The position numbers and the translations under genes were made by a program. Below, one piece after another: positions 37,724 through 48,262 of a stretch of DNA of 64,000 nt. The stretch lies in assembly GCA_946497955.1 (NCBI GenBank), contig CAMMMH010000005.1:7789-71788 (forward strand), written 5' to 3'. The stretch comes from an uncultured Mycoplasmatota bacterium. Its GTDB lineage: Bacteria > Bacillota_I > Bacilli_A > RF39 > UBA660. Within the stretch, counting starts at the first letter, position 1; each line of letters opens with the position of its first letter. The notes beneath the pieces were generated by a model. It saw nothing but the letters and a program-made list of their open reading frames with translations. It ran no database searches and was not told where the DNA came from.

Positions 37724-38536
37724 TTAATTTTTCTTAACTAAAAAATGATATATGATTACTGTTAAGATATTGATAATAAATTTAGATAAGATAACATCTA
37801 TATTTAAGTTATCTACAAGCAATAATAAAGATAGTCCTTCTATTAAATAGAAACAAATAATAGAAGTTATAGGATTAGAAAGTCTTTTGGTCTTAAATAA
37901 AGTCATAATTAAGCATGATATTATATAACAAATAGTAAAGTTTAAGTAGATATTCATGCCTGTAAGATTTAATAAGTAAAAGATAAATAAATTTATTAAT
38001 GCTGTAAGTATAGCAAATTTATCACGATTAAACCAACTAGTATGATTAGACTCTTCTATATAATTAGTAATTAACTTTTTAAAGTTTTCATTATTACTAT
38101 TAAACTCTTTAGGTTTAAAGGTTTTACTTTTTACTAACATCTTATCTAACTTAGTTAAATCTTTTAAAGGAATAATATAGCCTAATCTACCAAACTCTTC
38201 TATTATTTGTTTTTGATGGTCATTAGTATGCTCATTATACTTAGCAAGACGTGGAGTAGCGATTACTTTTTTATGATGTTTTAAAGCAGTTAAGATGCTT
38301 CCTACTCCCCCATGAGTAATAATAAGTGAGGCTTCATCCATAAGTTCTTCTAATCTATCATTTGAAACGCTTTTAAATATTTCCATATTTTTACTTTTAT
38401 ATTTAGTATAACCTGCTTGTACTATAACTTTATCTTTAATATTACCTTTTTCTATTTCCTTATCTATCGCTTTTAATAATCTTTCAAAACTTTTATCTTG
38501 TGTACCTAGAGTTACTAAAATCATTAGAAACACCAC
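37724..38536 (-). CDS. Alg13-like (PssE/Cps14G-type) glycosyltransferase domain fused to a C-terminal multi-TM segment
   Basis: N-terminal 160 aa: VTLGTQDKSFERLL...ITHGGVGSILTAL. C-terminal 110 aa form three to four hydrophobic helices (GtrA-like by appearance). Confidence 0.6.
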   Translation of the reverse strand: MVFLMILVTLGTQDKSFERLLKAIDKEIEKGNIKDKVIVQAGYTKYKSKNMEIFKSVSNDRLEELMDEASLIITHGGVGSILTALKHHKKVIATPRLAKYNEHTNDHQKQIIEEFGRLGYIIPLKDLTKLDKMLVKSKTFKPKEFNSNNENFKKLITNYIEESNHTSWFNRDKFAILTALINLFIFYLLNLTGMNIYLNFTICYIISCLIMTLFKTKRLSNPITSIICFYLIEGLSLLLLVDNLNIDVILSKFIINILTVIIYHFLVKKN

Positions 38537-39000
38537 CCTCCATATGTTGCTTTAGGATAGAGTTTTAACATAGGACGCCACTGAACAATAAATAGATTAG
38601 CGATATGGAATTTATAAAAAAGGGAACCTGTTATAGTTTTAGTTTTAATATTAGCGAATGATTCTATATAGATTATTTTACTACCAAAGATTCTTCCTAT
38701 ACAACACATTGGCCCTGCTGTATGAGCTCCTGTTGTTATAATATAATCTGGTTGATATTTAAAATAAAGGAAAAGACTAATGAAACAGTTTGCAAGTAAC
38801 TTAAACGGATAAGTCAGTTTATGGTCTTTTGTACCATATAAAAGAAAATTAATATTTTTATATTTCCTTTTTAATTTATTATTCGCTTTAGTTTTCTCTG
38901 TTATCAAAGAATAATTATAGTTTTTAATTATACTATCAAGTTGTAAAAGTTCTGTTAAATGTCCTCCTGTACTTGATATAAACATTACTTTTCGCATCAT
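38524..39000 (-). CDS. Alg14-like (PssD/Cps14F-type) glycosyltransferase subunit
   Basis: 158 aa. FISSTGGHLTELLQL and ITTGAHTAGPMC motifs. Paired with the Alg13-like gene downstream. Confidence 0.65.
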   Translation of the reverse strand: MMRKVMFISSTGGHLTELLQLDSIIKNYNYSLITEKTKANNKLKRKYKNINFLLYGTKDHKLTYPFKLLANCFISLFLYFKYQPDYIITTGAHTAGPMCCIGRIFGSKIIYIESFANIKTKTITGSLFYKFHIANLFIVQWRPMLKLYPKATYGGWCF

Positions 39001-40152
39001 TTATCCCTTCTTTTTAAATAATTTTTCCCATTTTTCACAAATATTATCACTTATATATCCCTTTACTTTACGTCTACCATTCTTTCCTAGTTCTTTTCTT
39101 GTCTCTATATCTTTAGTTAAATCTAATATTTTTTTCTCCATTGCTTTAAAGTTTCTATGTTTAATTAAATAACCATCATATCCTGATGTTATTACTTCTT
39201 TAGCACCTTCCGCAGAATCAAAAGCAAGACAAGGTAGACCATTACTCATCGCTTCAAGTAAAACGATACCAAAACTTTCTGTATAACTAGTCATAACGTA
39301 AATACTTGCTTTTTGCATTAGTTTTTCTATTTTTTTACTATTTTTAAAGCCATGAAGAGTAACATCTTTTTCTAGTTTATTTTCTTTAATAAATTTTTCT
39401 AATTTGCTTCGTTCACTTCCATCTCCAACAATATCTAAATGCCATCTGCATTTTTTATTTTTTAAATCAAGATATATTTTTAAGAGATCTAAATATCCCT
39501 TCTCAGGAGAAAGCCTTCCAACAGAAATCAAATGTTCACAAGTTAAAGGGCTTTTAGTTCTAGGTATTTTTTCTATAGCATTAGGAATATAAATGCACTT
39601 GCATTTATGATGTAGCATTTTTTTATGATAAAACTTTTGTAATCCCTTAGATACTAAAACAAAATAATCAAGGTTTTTAACACTTCTAATAACATCAGTT
39701 GCATATTTCATATCATTATGATAGTGATTGTGTTCCCATCCTATTTTGATAGTGGTATCGCTACCATATTCACTTAATAATTCATTTAAAAATACACGAG
39801 TAGAGATAATAACATCAGCAGTTGAATTTTTAATATAGTCTACCATAGTTTTTCTCTTTTTATATAATATTTTTAAGCTTTTAAGTGACTCTTTGCCAAG
39901 AGTTATTAATCTTAAATTATGTAAAGCTTCTTCCCACTCTTTTCTATTAGGGCTAAGATTAGATGATAATAGATAAGTTACTTTAACATTTTCATTTATA
40001 TCAAAGACTGGTTTTTCATATAATTTATAGATTGAAACTATTTCTATTTCATATTTATTTGTTTTAGCAAGGGAATTTGCAAGAGAAGTTATAGCCTTCT
40101 CAACTCCACCATAACCTAAGTGTAAAGATAATATTGCTATTTTTTTCTTCAA
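39001..40152 (-). CDS. GT-B fold glycosyltransferase (family 4-like)
   Basis: 383 aa. GGVEKAITSLAN near the N-terminus and the E-x7-E region ESFGIVLLEAMSNGLP. Confidence 0.75.
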   Translation of the reverse strand: MKKKIAILSLHLGYGGVEKAITSLANSLAKTNKYEIEIVSIYKLYEKPVFDINENVKVTYLLSSNLSPNRKEWEEALHNLRLITLGKESLKSLKILYKKRKTMVDYIKNSTADVIISTRVFLNELLSEYGSDTTIKIGWEHNHYHNDMKYATDVIRSVKNLDYFVLVSKGLQKFYHKKMLHHKCKCIYIPNAIEKIPRTKSPLTCEHLISVGRLSPEKGYLDLLKIYLDLKNKKCRWHLDIVGDGSERSKLEKFIKENKLEKDVTLHGFKNSKKIEKLMQKASIYVMTSYTESFGIVLLEAMSNGLPCLAFDSAEGAKEVITSGYDGYLIKHRNFKAMEKKILDLTKDIETRKELGKNGRRKVKGYISDNICEKWEKLFKKKG

Positions 40153-40213
40153 AACACATCACCTCTAGTTATACTAAATAATTGCATTAATATGTCTTTA
40201 GTATATATTAATT

Positions 40214-40242
40214 TAGAAAAAAAGAAAAGAGCTTTAAGCTCT
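40214..40242 (-). terminator. intrinsic terminator of ftsZ
   Basis: Minus strand: AGAGCT-TAA-AGCTCT hairpin overlapping the stop codon, followed by TTTCTTTTTTTC. Confidence 0.45.
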
Positions 40243-41377
40243 AAAAGTTCTTATCTCTTAAAAATGGAGGAAAATCATAATCTGTATCATCTAATACTTC
40301 TCCGCCATCATCGTCATCATCTGTGTCATTTTGAGGCATAGTGGCTACATAAGATATTTCTTCACTTCTTCTTCTAGATGTTGGAGCGGCATTAGAGAAG
40401 ATAGGTTGTTTAGTCTCTCCTTGTTCTTTCTTATTAAAACCTGTAGCAATTACAGTAACAATAACTTCATCAGACAAGTTTTCATTGATAACTGAACCAA
40501 AAATAGTATTAATGTCAGTACCAGAAGCAGCTCTTACAACTTCAGCAGCCTGTTCTGCTTCAAATAAAGTTAAATTAACACCACCAGTAATATTAATAAT
40601 AGCATCTGTTGCTCCAGTAATACTAGTTTCAAGTAATGGACTAGAAACAGCTTGTTTAGCAGCTTCAATAGCTCTATCTTCACCCATACCAATACCAATA
40701 CCAATAATAGCTCTACCAGAATCTTTCATTACTGATTGAACATCAGCAAAATCAAGGTTAACAAGCCCAACTACTGCAATTAAATCAGAAATTGATTGAA
40801 CACCTCGCCTTAAAACATTATCAACTTCTTTAAAAGCTTCTAGCATTGGTGTTGTCTTATCAATTATTTCTCTTAATCTATCATTTGGAATAACAATTAA
40901 AGTATCTACATGCTTTTCTAGCTCTGCTAATCCCTTCAAAGCATTATCCATTCTTTTCTTACCCTCAAAAGTGAATGGTTTAGTAACAATTGCAACTGTT
41001 AAAGCGCCAAGTGCTTGAGATATTTCAGCAATTACAGGAGCTGCTCCAGTTCCTGTTCCACCACCCATTCCACAGGTAATAAATATCATATCAGCACCAG
41101 TTAAGGCATCTTCTATTTCTTTTTTAGACTCTAATGCTGCCTCTCTACCAATATCAGGACGAGAACCTGCTCCAAGTCCATCAGTAAGATTAGCTCCTAA
41201 TTGAATTTTTATATCAGCTTTAGAATTATTTAATACTTGTAAATCAGTATTAGCAACTATAAATTCTACTCCTTTTACACCTGATTCTACCATTCTATTA
41301 ACAGCATTACCACCGCCACCACCGCAGCCGATTACTTTTATTTTAGCTAATTGATCCATTTCTAGTCCATTTCCCAT
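40241..41377 (-). CDS. ftsZ: cell division GTPase FtsZ
   Basis: [14 protein letters not shown] tubulin signature. Acidic linker and C-terminal DFPPFLR peptide. Confidence 0.97.
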   Translation of the reverse strand: MGNGLEMDQLAKIKVIGCGGGGGNAVNRMVESGVKGVEFIVANTDLQVLNNSKADIKIQLGANLTDGLGAGSRPDIGREAALESKKEIEDALTGADMIFITCGMGGGTGTGAAPVIAEISQALGALTVAIVTKPFTFEGKKRMDNALKGLAELEKHVDTLIVIPNDRLREIIDKTTPMLEAFKEVDNVLRRGVQSISDLIAVVGLVNLDFADVQSVMKDSGRAIIGIGIGMGEDRAIEAAKQAVSSPLLETSITGATDAIINITGGVNLTLFEAEQAAEVVRAASGTDINTIFGSVINENLSDEVIVTVIATGFNKKEQGETKQPIFSNAAPTSRRRSEEISYVATMPQNDTDDDDDGGEVLDDTDYDFPPFLRDKNF

Positions 41378-41394
41378 GATTGTATCCTCCTTAA

Positions 41395-42630
41395 TTAGTT
41401 ATCAAAAAAGTGACCAAAAAATTTATTTGTCATATTATCATTAATTGTATTCTTTTTTTTAGGTGATATAAATCTTTCTATTTCATCTAAATCAAACATA
41501 TTGACATCATCTTCTCTTAAAAGACATTTCTTAGCAAAATATTTACAACTTCCAAAAACACTTGTGTATTTATTATGTCTAGCTCCGATTACAGTCATAT
41601 TATAACAACTAGAAGCACCACCTAGTATTTCTTCAACAACATAGTTAAAACCTGCAAGTTCGCTAATACCACCTACTACAATTATATAACTTATTTCTCT
41701 TTTTGTTAAGCGATTTATTTCATTTTTTGCAAGTTTTAAGATATCTTTTATTCTAGATTCTATAACTTCTGATATTTGAATCTGATTTATAGTAATTTTT
41801 TTGTTCTCTTTATTTACTATTGTAACATCATCATTACTATCAGCATATCTAGCAGAAGATAGTGCAAAAGTTTCTTTTAATTTCTTTGCTTCCTTCAAAT
41901 CCACTTTATAAATGAATGCTATATCTTTATCAGTACTACTACTACCTACAGGGATATAGGAATTTTTAATCATAATTCCTTTATTAAATATTCCAATACT
42001 TGTAATATCAGCACCAATATTTATAATAGCACCCATCTTTCTATCTAACTCTTTAGTCGAAACAGTGTAATAGTCTGCTTGAGTATTATAAATTATATCT
42101 CTAATATTTATTCCTATACTTCTTACGATATTAATATATGGATATATCTCTTCTTTAGGTGAAGTAGCAACTACTGCTTTTAAGAATAATTTTTTTCCAA
42201 CTTCATCTAAAGGATTAATAACACTAGCTTCTTCATCAACTGTAAATGATATAGGTAAACAACTAACAAGTTCCCGAGTATCATCGTAGGTATCTTCCAC
42301 AGTATCTTTAATAACTGCAGTAATATCTCTACCTCTAACTTTATCACCTCTTATATTAACAAGACCACTTTCCATAGTCATACTAGCTCTATTAGCTGGA
42401 ACTGTTAATATAACTTCTCTTATTTTCATTCCTATTTTTTCTTCTGTTATTTTAATAGCATGCATTAAAGAATTTTTTAACTTTTTATCATCATAAATAG
42501 TATTTTTCTTTAATCCTAATGTTTTTACTGAGGTAGATGCTAAAACATGGTAATTATTATCATTAACATTTACTACTACTACTTTAATTTCCCCATTACC
42601 AATATCAAGTCCTGTATAGATATGATTCAT
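41395..42630 (-). CDS. ftsA: cell division protein FtsA
   Basis: 411 aa. Actin-fold start [13 protein letters not shown]. Immediately upstream of ftsZ. Confidence 0.9.
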   Translation of the reverse strand: MNHIYTGLDIGNGEIKVVVVNVNDNNYHVLASTSVKTLGLKKNTIYDDKKLKNSLMHAIKITEEKIGMKIREVILTVPANRASMTMESGLVNIRGDKVRGRDITAVIKDTVEDTYDDTRELVSCLPISFTVDEEASVINPLDEVGKKLFLKAVVATSPKEEIYPYINIVRSIGINIRDIIYNTQADYYTVSTKELDRKMGAIINIGADITSIGIFNKGIMIKNSYIPVGSSSTDKDIAFIYKVDLKEAKKLKETFALSSARYADSNDDVTIVNKENKKITINQIQISEVIESRIKDILKLAKNEINRLTKREISYIIVVGGISELAGFNYVVEEILGGASSCYNMTVIGARHNKYTSVFGSCKYFAKKCLLREDDVNMFDLDEIERFISPKKKNTINDNMTNKFFGHFFDN

Positions 42631-42680
42631 GAGTTAACATCACTACCTTTCTGCCGTACCCTTTCTTATCCTATAGATTA

Positions 42681-42709
42681 ATTATACATAATTAATTGAT
42701 TTTTAACAA
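42681..42709 (-). promoter_or_regulatory. sigma-A-type promoter for ftsA-ftsZ
   Basis: Minus strand: TTGTTA (42704..42709) - 17 nt - TATAAT (42681..42686) with TG. It lies between the IS66 remnant end and ftsA. Confidence 0.5.
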
Positions 42710-42738
42710 GTTTTTTAATTAAAAAACCTAGTGATTTG

Positions 42739-44262
42739 GTAACTATTCAGACTATAACATGCAAAAGTAAAGAGTAATTATCAGAAAATTGCTCTTTTTA
42801 ATTTGCAAATAATACTTCATTATTAAATATAGCTTTAATAGATTCAAAATGACTTCTTTTAAGAGAGGCTTTTATAATACTAATTGTATCACAATATGCT
42901 TCATCACTATTTATATTTTTAAACACTCCGGATGTTTTAGTATTAATTTTAATTATCCTTAAATCTATTTCACTTGGATTATTATCAAAAGGAACACTAA
43001 AATCATATATATAGGCCAAATGATTATCTTTATATTTATCGTGTCTTCTACTTTCTTTATAAAATGTAGATTCAATATTCTAAATTTCTTTCTTGGCTAA
43101 TGATATAATCTCATCATGTTTTGCATTGATTTTACCAATGTAATTACTAGAAAATGCTTTACTGCCTTCTTTTATCAAAACTTTTCTATCATGATATGCT
43201 TTAAATAATAGTTCTTTTAAATCTTTTGCCCAAGTAACTTCAGAAACATTTTGAATTATTTCTTCTAAATATCTTCCCAAATGGGCTTTGCATTCATAGT
43301 TGTTAGAACCATATTTATACATTGCAGTATCATGATCGTATATAATATCTCCAGTATATCTTGTTAAAATATTATGTGGCTCTATCTGTTTATGACTTTT
43401 CTTTTCATGAGGCATGTAAACTACTGGTTCACTATTACTATAATTTTTTATATACCATTTATTATCGTTAGTTGTTTCATCTATATACATTAAATGTCTA
43501 AAGTTGGTTTTGACATTAGGATAAACTCTTTTAGAAAGAACATTAAATAAATCACTTAATCTATCTAATGCCACTACATTGTATATTCCAAGTTCAATTG
43601 TTAAAGCTTTTATACTATTATCATAAGTTACATCTGTATAAAAATCTTTTGGTATTTTATCATCTGCTTTTGGATTATGTTTAAAGATATGTTTTTCTAC
43701 ATAAACATTTACTCTTAAACCTATTCTATACTTAGTGACATCTTTGCCATTCCTATTATTACTTTCATGATAAATAGTTCTAGTTTCTACAAGGCTATCT
43801 TCTATCATCTTTTCAACTTTATCTTTAGTAAGGATGTGGCCTTTTTGTCCTCCTATTTTCTTATCTGTCTTTTTTCTAGAATTATATATTTTCTTTCTTC
43901 CTTGTATCAGTTGAGGGCGGTTTACTAGAATTACTACTATCTTTATTTATTTGATTTTTTAGTCTATCTATTTCATTTAATAATTTTTCTATAAGTTCAT
44001 CTTTTTCTTTGATAGTAGCTTTCAAGTCTTCTTTTTCTTGTTTAAACTCCCTTCTTAAATCTTTATTTTCTTTTAATAGTAAATCTAACTTATTATTTAG
44101 TTTTTCAAACTGTCTAGTAACTTTCATCATTTATACCACTATCCTTAACTATTATTATCTCATATATAGCCGAAAAAAGTAGCATCATTGACACCACTTT
44201 TTACACTTTATTTTTTTCATAGTCTAAATAGTTACACTATTTTTAGACTTTTTAATAGTTAC
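42739..44262 (-). mobile_element. degenerate IS66-family element
   Basis: Ends GTAACTATTCAG (42739..) and AATAGTTAC (44254..44262) match the termini of the intact copy at 1899..3653, including the subterminal AGTCTAAA. The transposase is broken into three frames. Confidence 0.65.
42798..44130 (-). pseudogene. IS66-family transposase pseudogene (three fragments)
   Basis: 43882..44130 is a coiled coil plus SSNSSKPPS. 43080..43808 is the core with DHDTAMY and CKAHLGRYL. 42798..43019 is the C-terminal piece. Frames differ and the zinc-finger segment is missing. Confidence 0.7.
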
Positions 44263-44264
44263 TT

Positions 44265-46433
44265 TTAAAATTTTGGGTTTAAAGTCAAAGTTATTTCCAT
44301 GTTATCTGTTATAGGTGTTCCTGCTCCTATACTTTGTCCTGTTACATAACCATTGCCTTCTAACTTAACACTAATACCTAAAAGTTTTAACAAATCTTCT
44401 GCCTGTTTACTAGATAAGCCATTTACATCAGGAACAGTTAAATTATTATCATTAGTAACAAGGAATACTTTAGTTCCTGCTGTTACTTTATCTCCTTTAG
44501 AAGGATATTGTTTAACTACCTTATTGCCATTACCTATAACTGTTACAGACATCCCCATATTTTCAAGGTCGGTTTTTGAAGTTGTTGCATCTTTATTTTT
44601 ATATGAAGTTAAACTATATTCAGACAACTTCTCTTCACTAGTAGTATCAGGGTCAGTTCCATAATATTTACTTATATTAACAACTATATCTTTAATAGCA
44701 GTCCAAATAACTTTTTGATTACCACCTTCTGGTCTTTTAACTGATGCATATATAATTACTTTAGGGTCATCATTAGGATAAATTCCTGCAAAAGATGAGA
44801 TGATGTCAGATGCTCCCGTTAAGTAACCGCCTCCGTTTTCATCTGCTATTTGGGCAGTACCTGTTTTACCTATTAAGTTATAACCATCAAGGCGATATCC
44901 TGCTCCAGTCATTCCTGCTACATTAACAGTATTCCACATTAGTTCTCTAATTTTATTAACTGTAGTTTCACTAGCAACGGTATCTACTTCTTCTCTTTTA
45001 CCTTCATAGACCACTTCTCCAGTATCAGGGTCTACTATTTTTTCAACTAAATATGGTTTTAACATTACTCCTCCATTAGTAAGAGAAGTCAAAGCCTGAA
45101 TATTTTGAACAGGTGTTGTCGTAATACCTTGACCAAAACCAGCATTAAATATTTCGGTTTCGTACTTAAAGTCAACTTCTCCTGTCGCTTCATTTGGAAG
45201 TTCAATACCTGTTTTTTTACTAAAGCCTAGTTTTTTAAAATAACTTCTAAGAATATCTGCAGATAAATGTCTATCTATTAAGTTAATAACACCAACGTTA
45301 CTAGATAAAGCGAATCCTCTATCAAAAGTAATATCACCCCAACCTGCTCTATTCCAGTCACCTATTTCTGTACCATCACTTGTTGTATAAACACCAGAGT
45401 GATATGTTTCATTACCATTATATACTCCTTGTTCCATAGCAGCCATATAAGTAAATATTTTCATAGTAGAACCAGGTTCATATGGACTAGAGATATTCAT
45501 ATCTAAGTAGTTTGTAATATCTCTTTTATTAGGGTCAAATGAAGGTGATGTACTAGATGCTAATATCGCTCCTGTCTTAGCATCTGCTATCATGATTGTA
45601 AACCATTCATAATTATAGTTAGCTTTAGCATCACTTAAGGCCTGTTCTACAAAAAACTGAATACTACTATTAAGAGTAAGATATATATCTTTTCCATCAC
45701 TAGCTTCTTTACTTATCTCATTAGTACCTGCTATCTTATAACCACGTAAATCTTTTTGATAAGTAGTATACCCATCTTCACCTTTTAAGGTACTATCATA
45801 ATACTTTTCAATCCCCATCTCTCCAGTCATATTAGTTTCTTCATTACCATAATCATCAGTAGTAACTTCTTCTTTAGCATAACCCAAGACATAGGAAGCA
45901 AAGTCTCCTTTAGGATAATATCTTTTAAAACTTTCTATAAAGTCTATTCCTGGTAAATTTAACTCTTCTATCTTACTTTTAGTAATCTCTGTTAATCCTT
46001 TACCTATAGTACCAAATTCAGTTTGATAGACTCCTTCTTTATTTAAGTACTTTAATATTTCTTCTTTACTACAACCTAGGACACCTGCAAGTTTTTCGGC
46101 TGTCATTTCTTTATCTACAACATGTTGGGGATTATCTTCATCTGTAGTTCTAGATGGTGATAAATAAGCGATTAATTTGTAGGAAGAAACATTTTGTGCT
46201 AAAGCTTCTCCATCACTACTATAAATATTACCACGTTCTGCTTTTATAATATCTGTCTTAGTAGTACGTTTTCTTGCTAAAGCCTGTAAATTTGTATCAT
46301 CTATTTCTTTAGATAGAGCAAGTTGGGTTACTCTTGCAATCATTAAGGCAAACAAAAAAAGAGAAGCAATTATTAAAAGTTTACTATATCTTATATTATT
46401 TTTTCTTCTCTTTTTTCTTTTCAAGTTTACCAC
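44265..46433 (-). CDS. class B penicillin-binding protein (PBP2B/FtsI-type) with two C-terminal PASTA domains
   Basis: SxxK PGSTMKIF, SxN ALSSNVG, KTG IGKTGTAQI. The last 130 aa form two PASTA-like repeats. Follows ftsL. Confidence 0.9.
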   Translation of the reverse strand: MVNLKRKKRRKNNIRYSKLLIIASLFLFALMIARVTQLALSKEIDDTNLQALARKRTTKTDIIKAERGNIYSSDGEALAQNVSSYKLIAYLSPSRTTDEDNPQHVVDKEMTAEKLAGVLGCSKEEILKYLNKEGVYQTEFGTIGKGLTEITKSKIEELNLPGIDFIESFKRYYPKGDFASYVLGYAKEEVTTDDYGNEETNMTGEMGIEKYYDSTLKGEDGYTTYQKDLRGYKIAGTNEISKEASDGKDIYLTLNSSIQFFVEQALSDAKANYNYEWFTIMIADAKTGAILASSTSPSFDPNKRDITNYLDMNISSPYEPGSTMKIFTYMAAMEQGVYNGNETYHSGVYTTSDGTEIGDWNRAGWGDITFDRGFALSSNVGVINLIDRHLSADILRSYFKKLGFSKKTGIELPNEATGEVDFKYETEIFNAGFGQGITTTPVQNIQALTSLTNGGVMLKPYLVEKIVDPDTGEVVYEGKREEVDTVASETTVNKIRELMWNTVNVAGMTGAGYRLDGYNLIGKTGTAQIADENGGGYLTGASDIISSFAGIYPNDDPKVIIYASVKRPEGGNQKVIWTAIKDIVVNISKYYGTDPDTTSEEKLSEYSLTSYKNKDATTSKTDLENMGMSVTVIGNGNKVVKQYPSKGDKVTAGTKVFLVTNDNNLTVPDVNGLSSKQAEDLLKLLGISVKLEGNGYVTGQSIGAGTPITDNMEITLTLNPKF

Positions 46434-46439
46434 TTCCTA

Positions 46440-46736
46440 TTATTCATCGATATTCTTAATGTTATCATTATTATAACTTAATCCTTGTTCTTTGGCAACT
46501 TCTTCTATTTTATCTAGGGATGCTAACTCATTTATTTTCATAGATAAACTCTCATTTGTTTTTGTTTGCTCACTTATTTCTTTTTTAGTCTTTTCAACTT
46601 CAAAGTTTATTTTAGATAATGTTGCTTTAGAAAAAACGATTGTTAAAGGGGCACTAATGGCTAATACTAAAGCGAATGTATAGATAAGACGCTCAAATTT
46701 ACTCATTTTAACTCTTTTTTTAACTTTTCTAGCCAT
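46440..46736 (-). CDS. ftsL: cell division protein FtsL
   Basis: 98 aa. Basic N-terminus, one TM helix, coiled coil. Sits between rsmH and the PBP gene. Confidence 0.75.
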   Translation of the reverse strand: MARKVKKRVKMSKFERLIYTFALVLAISAPLTIVFSKATLSKINFEVEKTKKEISEQTKTNESLSMKINELASLDKIEEVAKEQGLSYNNDNIKNIDE

Positions 46737-46750
46737 TGTATCACCTTCTT

Positions 46751-47674
46751 TTATTTTATTCTTTCTATAACTCTAAGTGTAGCGGAATGTGCTCTATTAT
46801 TATGTTCTAACTCTTCGCTACTAGCTTTTATTCCTTTTTTGGTAATTAATTTAAAATCTGGTAGTTTATCTATAGGTATATTAGGTAATCCTTTAGATAA
46901 AGGATCTATTTCACACATTTCATTAAACTTTTTCTTAACTATTTTATCTTCTAGAGAATGAAATGTTATAACAGCAATTCTTCCTCCGATATTTAACATA
47001 GATAAACTATCATCAAGAGATTTCTTTAAAACATTTAACTCATCATTAACTTCTATTCTTAAAGCTTGAAATATTTGTTTAGCAGGATGTTTTTTAACTC
47101 TTTCTTTATACGGAACAGATGATTTAATGATATCTACTAATTCTAAAGTAGAATCTATTTCCTTAGTTTCTCTATACTTAACAATATTTCTAGCGATAGA
47201 TCCCGAAAACTTACTTTCACCATAGTCTTTAAAGATTCTCTTTAACTCATCATAACTATAAGCATTAACTATTAATTTAGCATTTAACTTATTATCTTTA
47301 TCCATCCTCATATCAAGGGGAGCATCAAATCTATAAGAGAAGCCACGATAGTCTTCATCTAACTGCGGACTTGATACTCCAAGATCGTAAAGGATAGCAT
47401 CTACTTTCTCTATGCCTAATGATTTTAGTTTTTTTCTCGCATAGACAAAGTTAGAATCAATTATTTGGAAGTTATCACCGATAGTAGAAAGTTTATCTTT
47501 ACTATAGGCAAGTGCTTCCTCGTCTTGGTCAAAGGCGAATAGATACCCATTTTTAATTCTTTTTAAAATTTGACTACTATGTCCTGCAAAGCCTAAAGTC
47601 ATATCAACAGCGATACTGTCATCTTTTAGATTTAAAGATTCTATTGTTTCTTTAAGTAATACTGACTCATGCAT
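46751..47674 (-). CDS. rsmH: 16S rRNA (cytosine1402-N4)-methyltransferase
   Basis: HESVLLKETIE, DMTLGFAGHS, DLGVSSPQLD motifs. Confidence 0.95.
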   Translation of the reverse strand: MHESVLLKETIESLNLKDDSIAVDMTLGFAGHSSQILKRIKNGYLFAFDQDEEALAYSKDKLSTIGDNFQIIDSNFVYARKKLKSLGIEKVDAILYDLGVSSPQLDEDYRGFSYRFDAPLDMRMDKDNKLNAKLIVNAYSYDELKRIFKDYGESKFSGSIARNIVKYRETKEIDSTLELVDIIKSSVPYKERVKKHPAKQIFQALRIEVNDELNVLKKSLDDSLSMLNIGGRIAVITFHSLEDKIVKKKFNEMCEIDPLSKGLPNIPIDKLPDFKLITKKGIKASSEELEHNNRAHSATLRVIERIK

Positions 47675-48105
47675 TATATCTTCTCCTCAAATAGATTCTC
47701 AGCAATATCGGACATTTCATCATTACAAGAACTCATAAACTCGTTAAACGCTTCCTCATCCCATATTTCTAATCTATCTCCCGTTCCTACAATTACACAT
47801 TTTTTAGATAGATTAGCATAAGTAATAAGGGGACTTGGAATATTAACTCTTCCTTGTTTATCAAGTTCAATGGCAGTAGCACCAGACATAAAGAAGCGAG
47901 TGAAAGCTCTAGCATCTTTTTTAGTAAATGGTAAGCTTTCTAATTTAGTAACGATATGGTTAAAAGTGTCATTTGGATAAACATAGATACAATGTTCTAT
48001 ACCACGAGTAATAACAAAGCTATTACCAAGAATATCACGATATTTAGATGGTATAGCAATTCTACCTTTATCATCGATATTATGATGAAACTCTCCTATA
48101 AACAT
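47674..48105 (-). CDS. mraZ: division/cell wall cluster transcriptional regulator MraZ
   Basis: MFIGEFHHNIDDKGRIAIPSKYR and the second DKQGRVNIPSPL repeat. I start at ATG 48105 (GGGGGA 5 nt upstream) rather than 48138. Confidence 0.9.
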   Translation of the reverse strand: MFIGEFHHNIDDKGRIAIPSKYRDILGNSFVITRGIEHCIYVYPNDTFNHIVTKLESLPFTKKDARAFTRFFMSGATAIELDKQGRVNIPSPLITYANLSKKCVIVGTGDRLEIWDEEAFNEFMSSCNDEMSDIAENLFEEKI

Positions 48106-48195
48106 ATTTATCCCCCACTTTTCCCCACAGTCTACCACTGCTTAATTATATGTTACACAAAATTATTAAAAATGTAAATAAAATAAGGGAGATTT

Positions 48196-48227
48196 AATTT
48201 GACAAAAAAGGAATTTGACAGAAAAAA
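48196..48227. repeat. 16-bp tandem direct repeat upstream of mraZ
   Basis: AATTTGACAAAAAAGG then AATTTGACAGAAAAAA. A third ATTGACA lies at 48250..48256. Confidence 0.8.
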
Positions 48228-48262
48228 TGTAAACAAAAAGAAAAAAGGTATTGACATTACCT

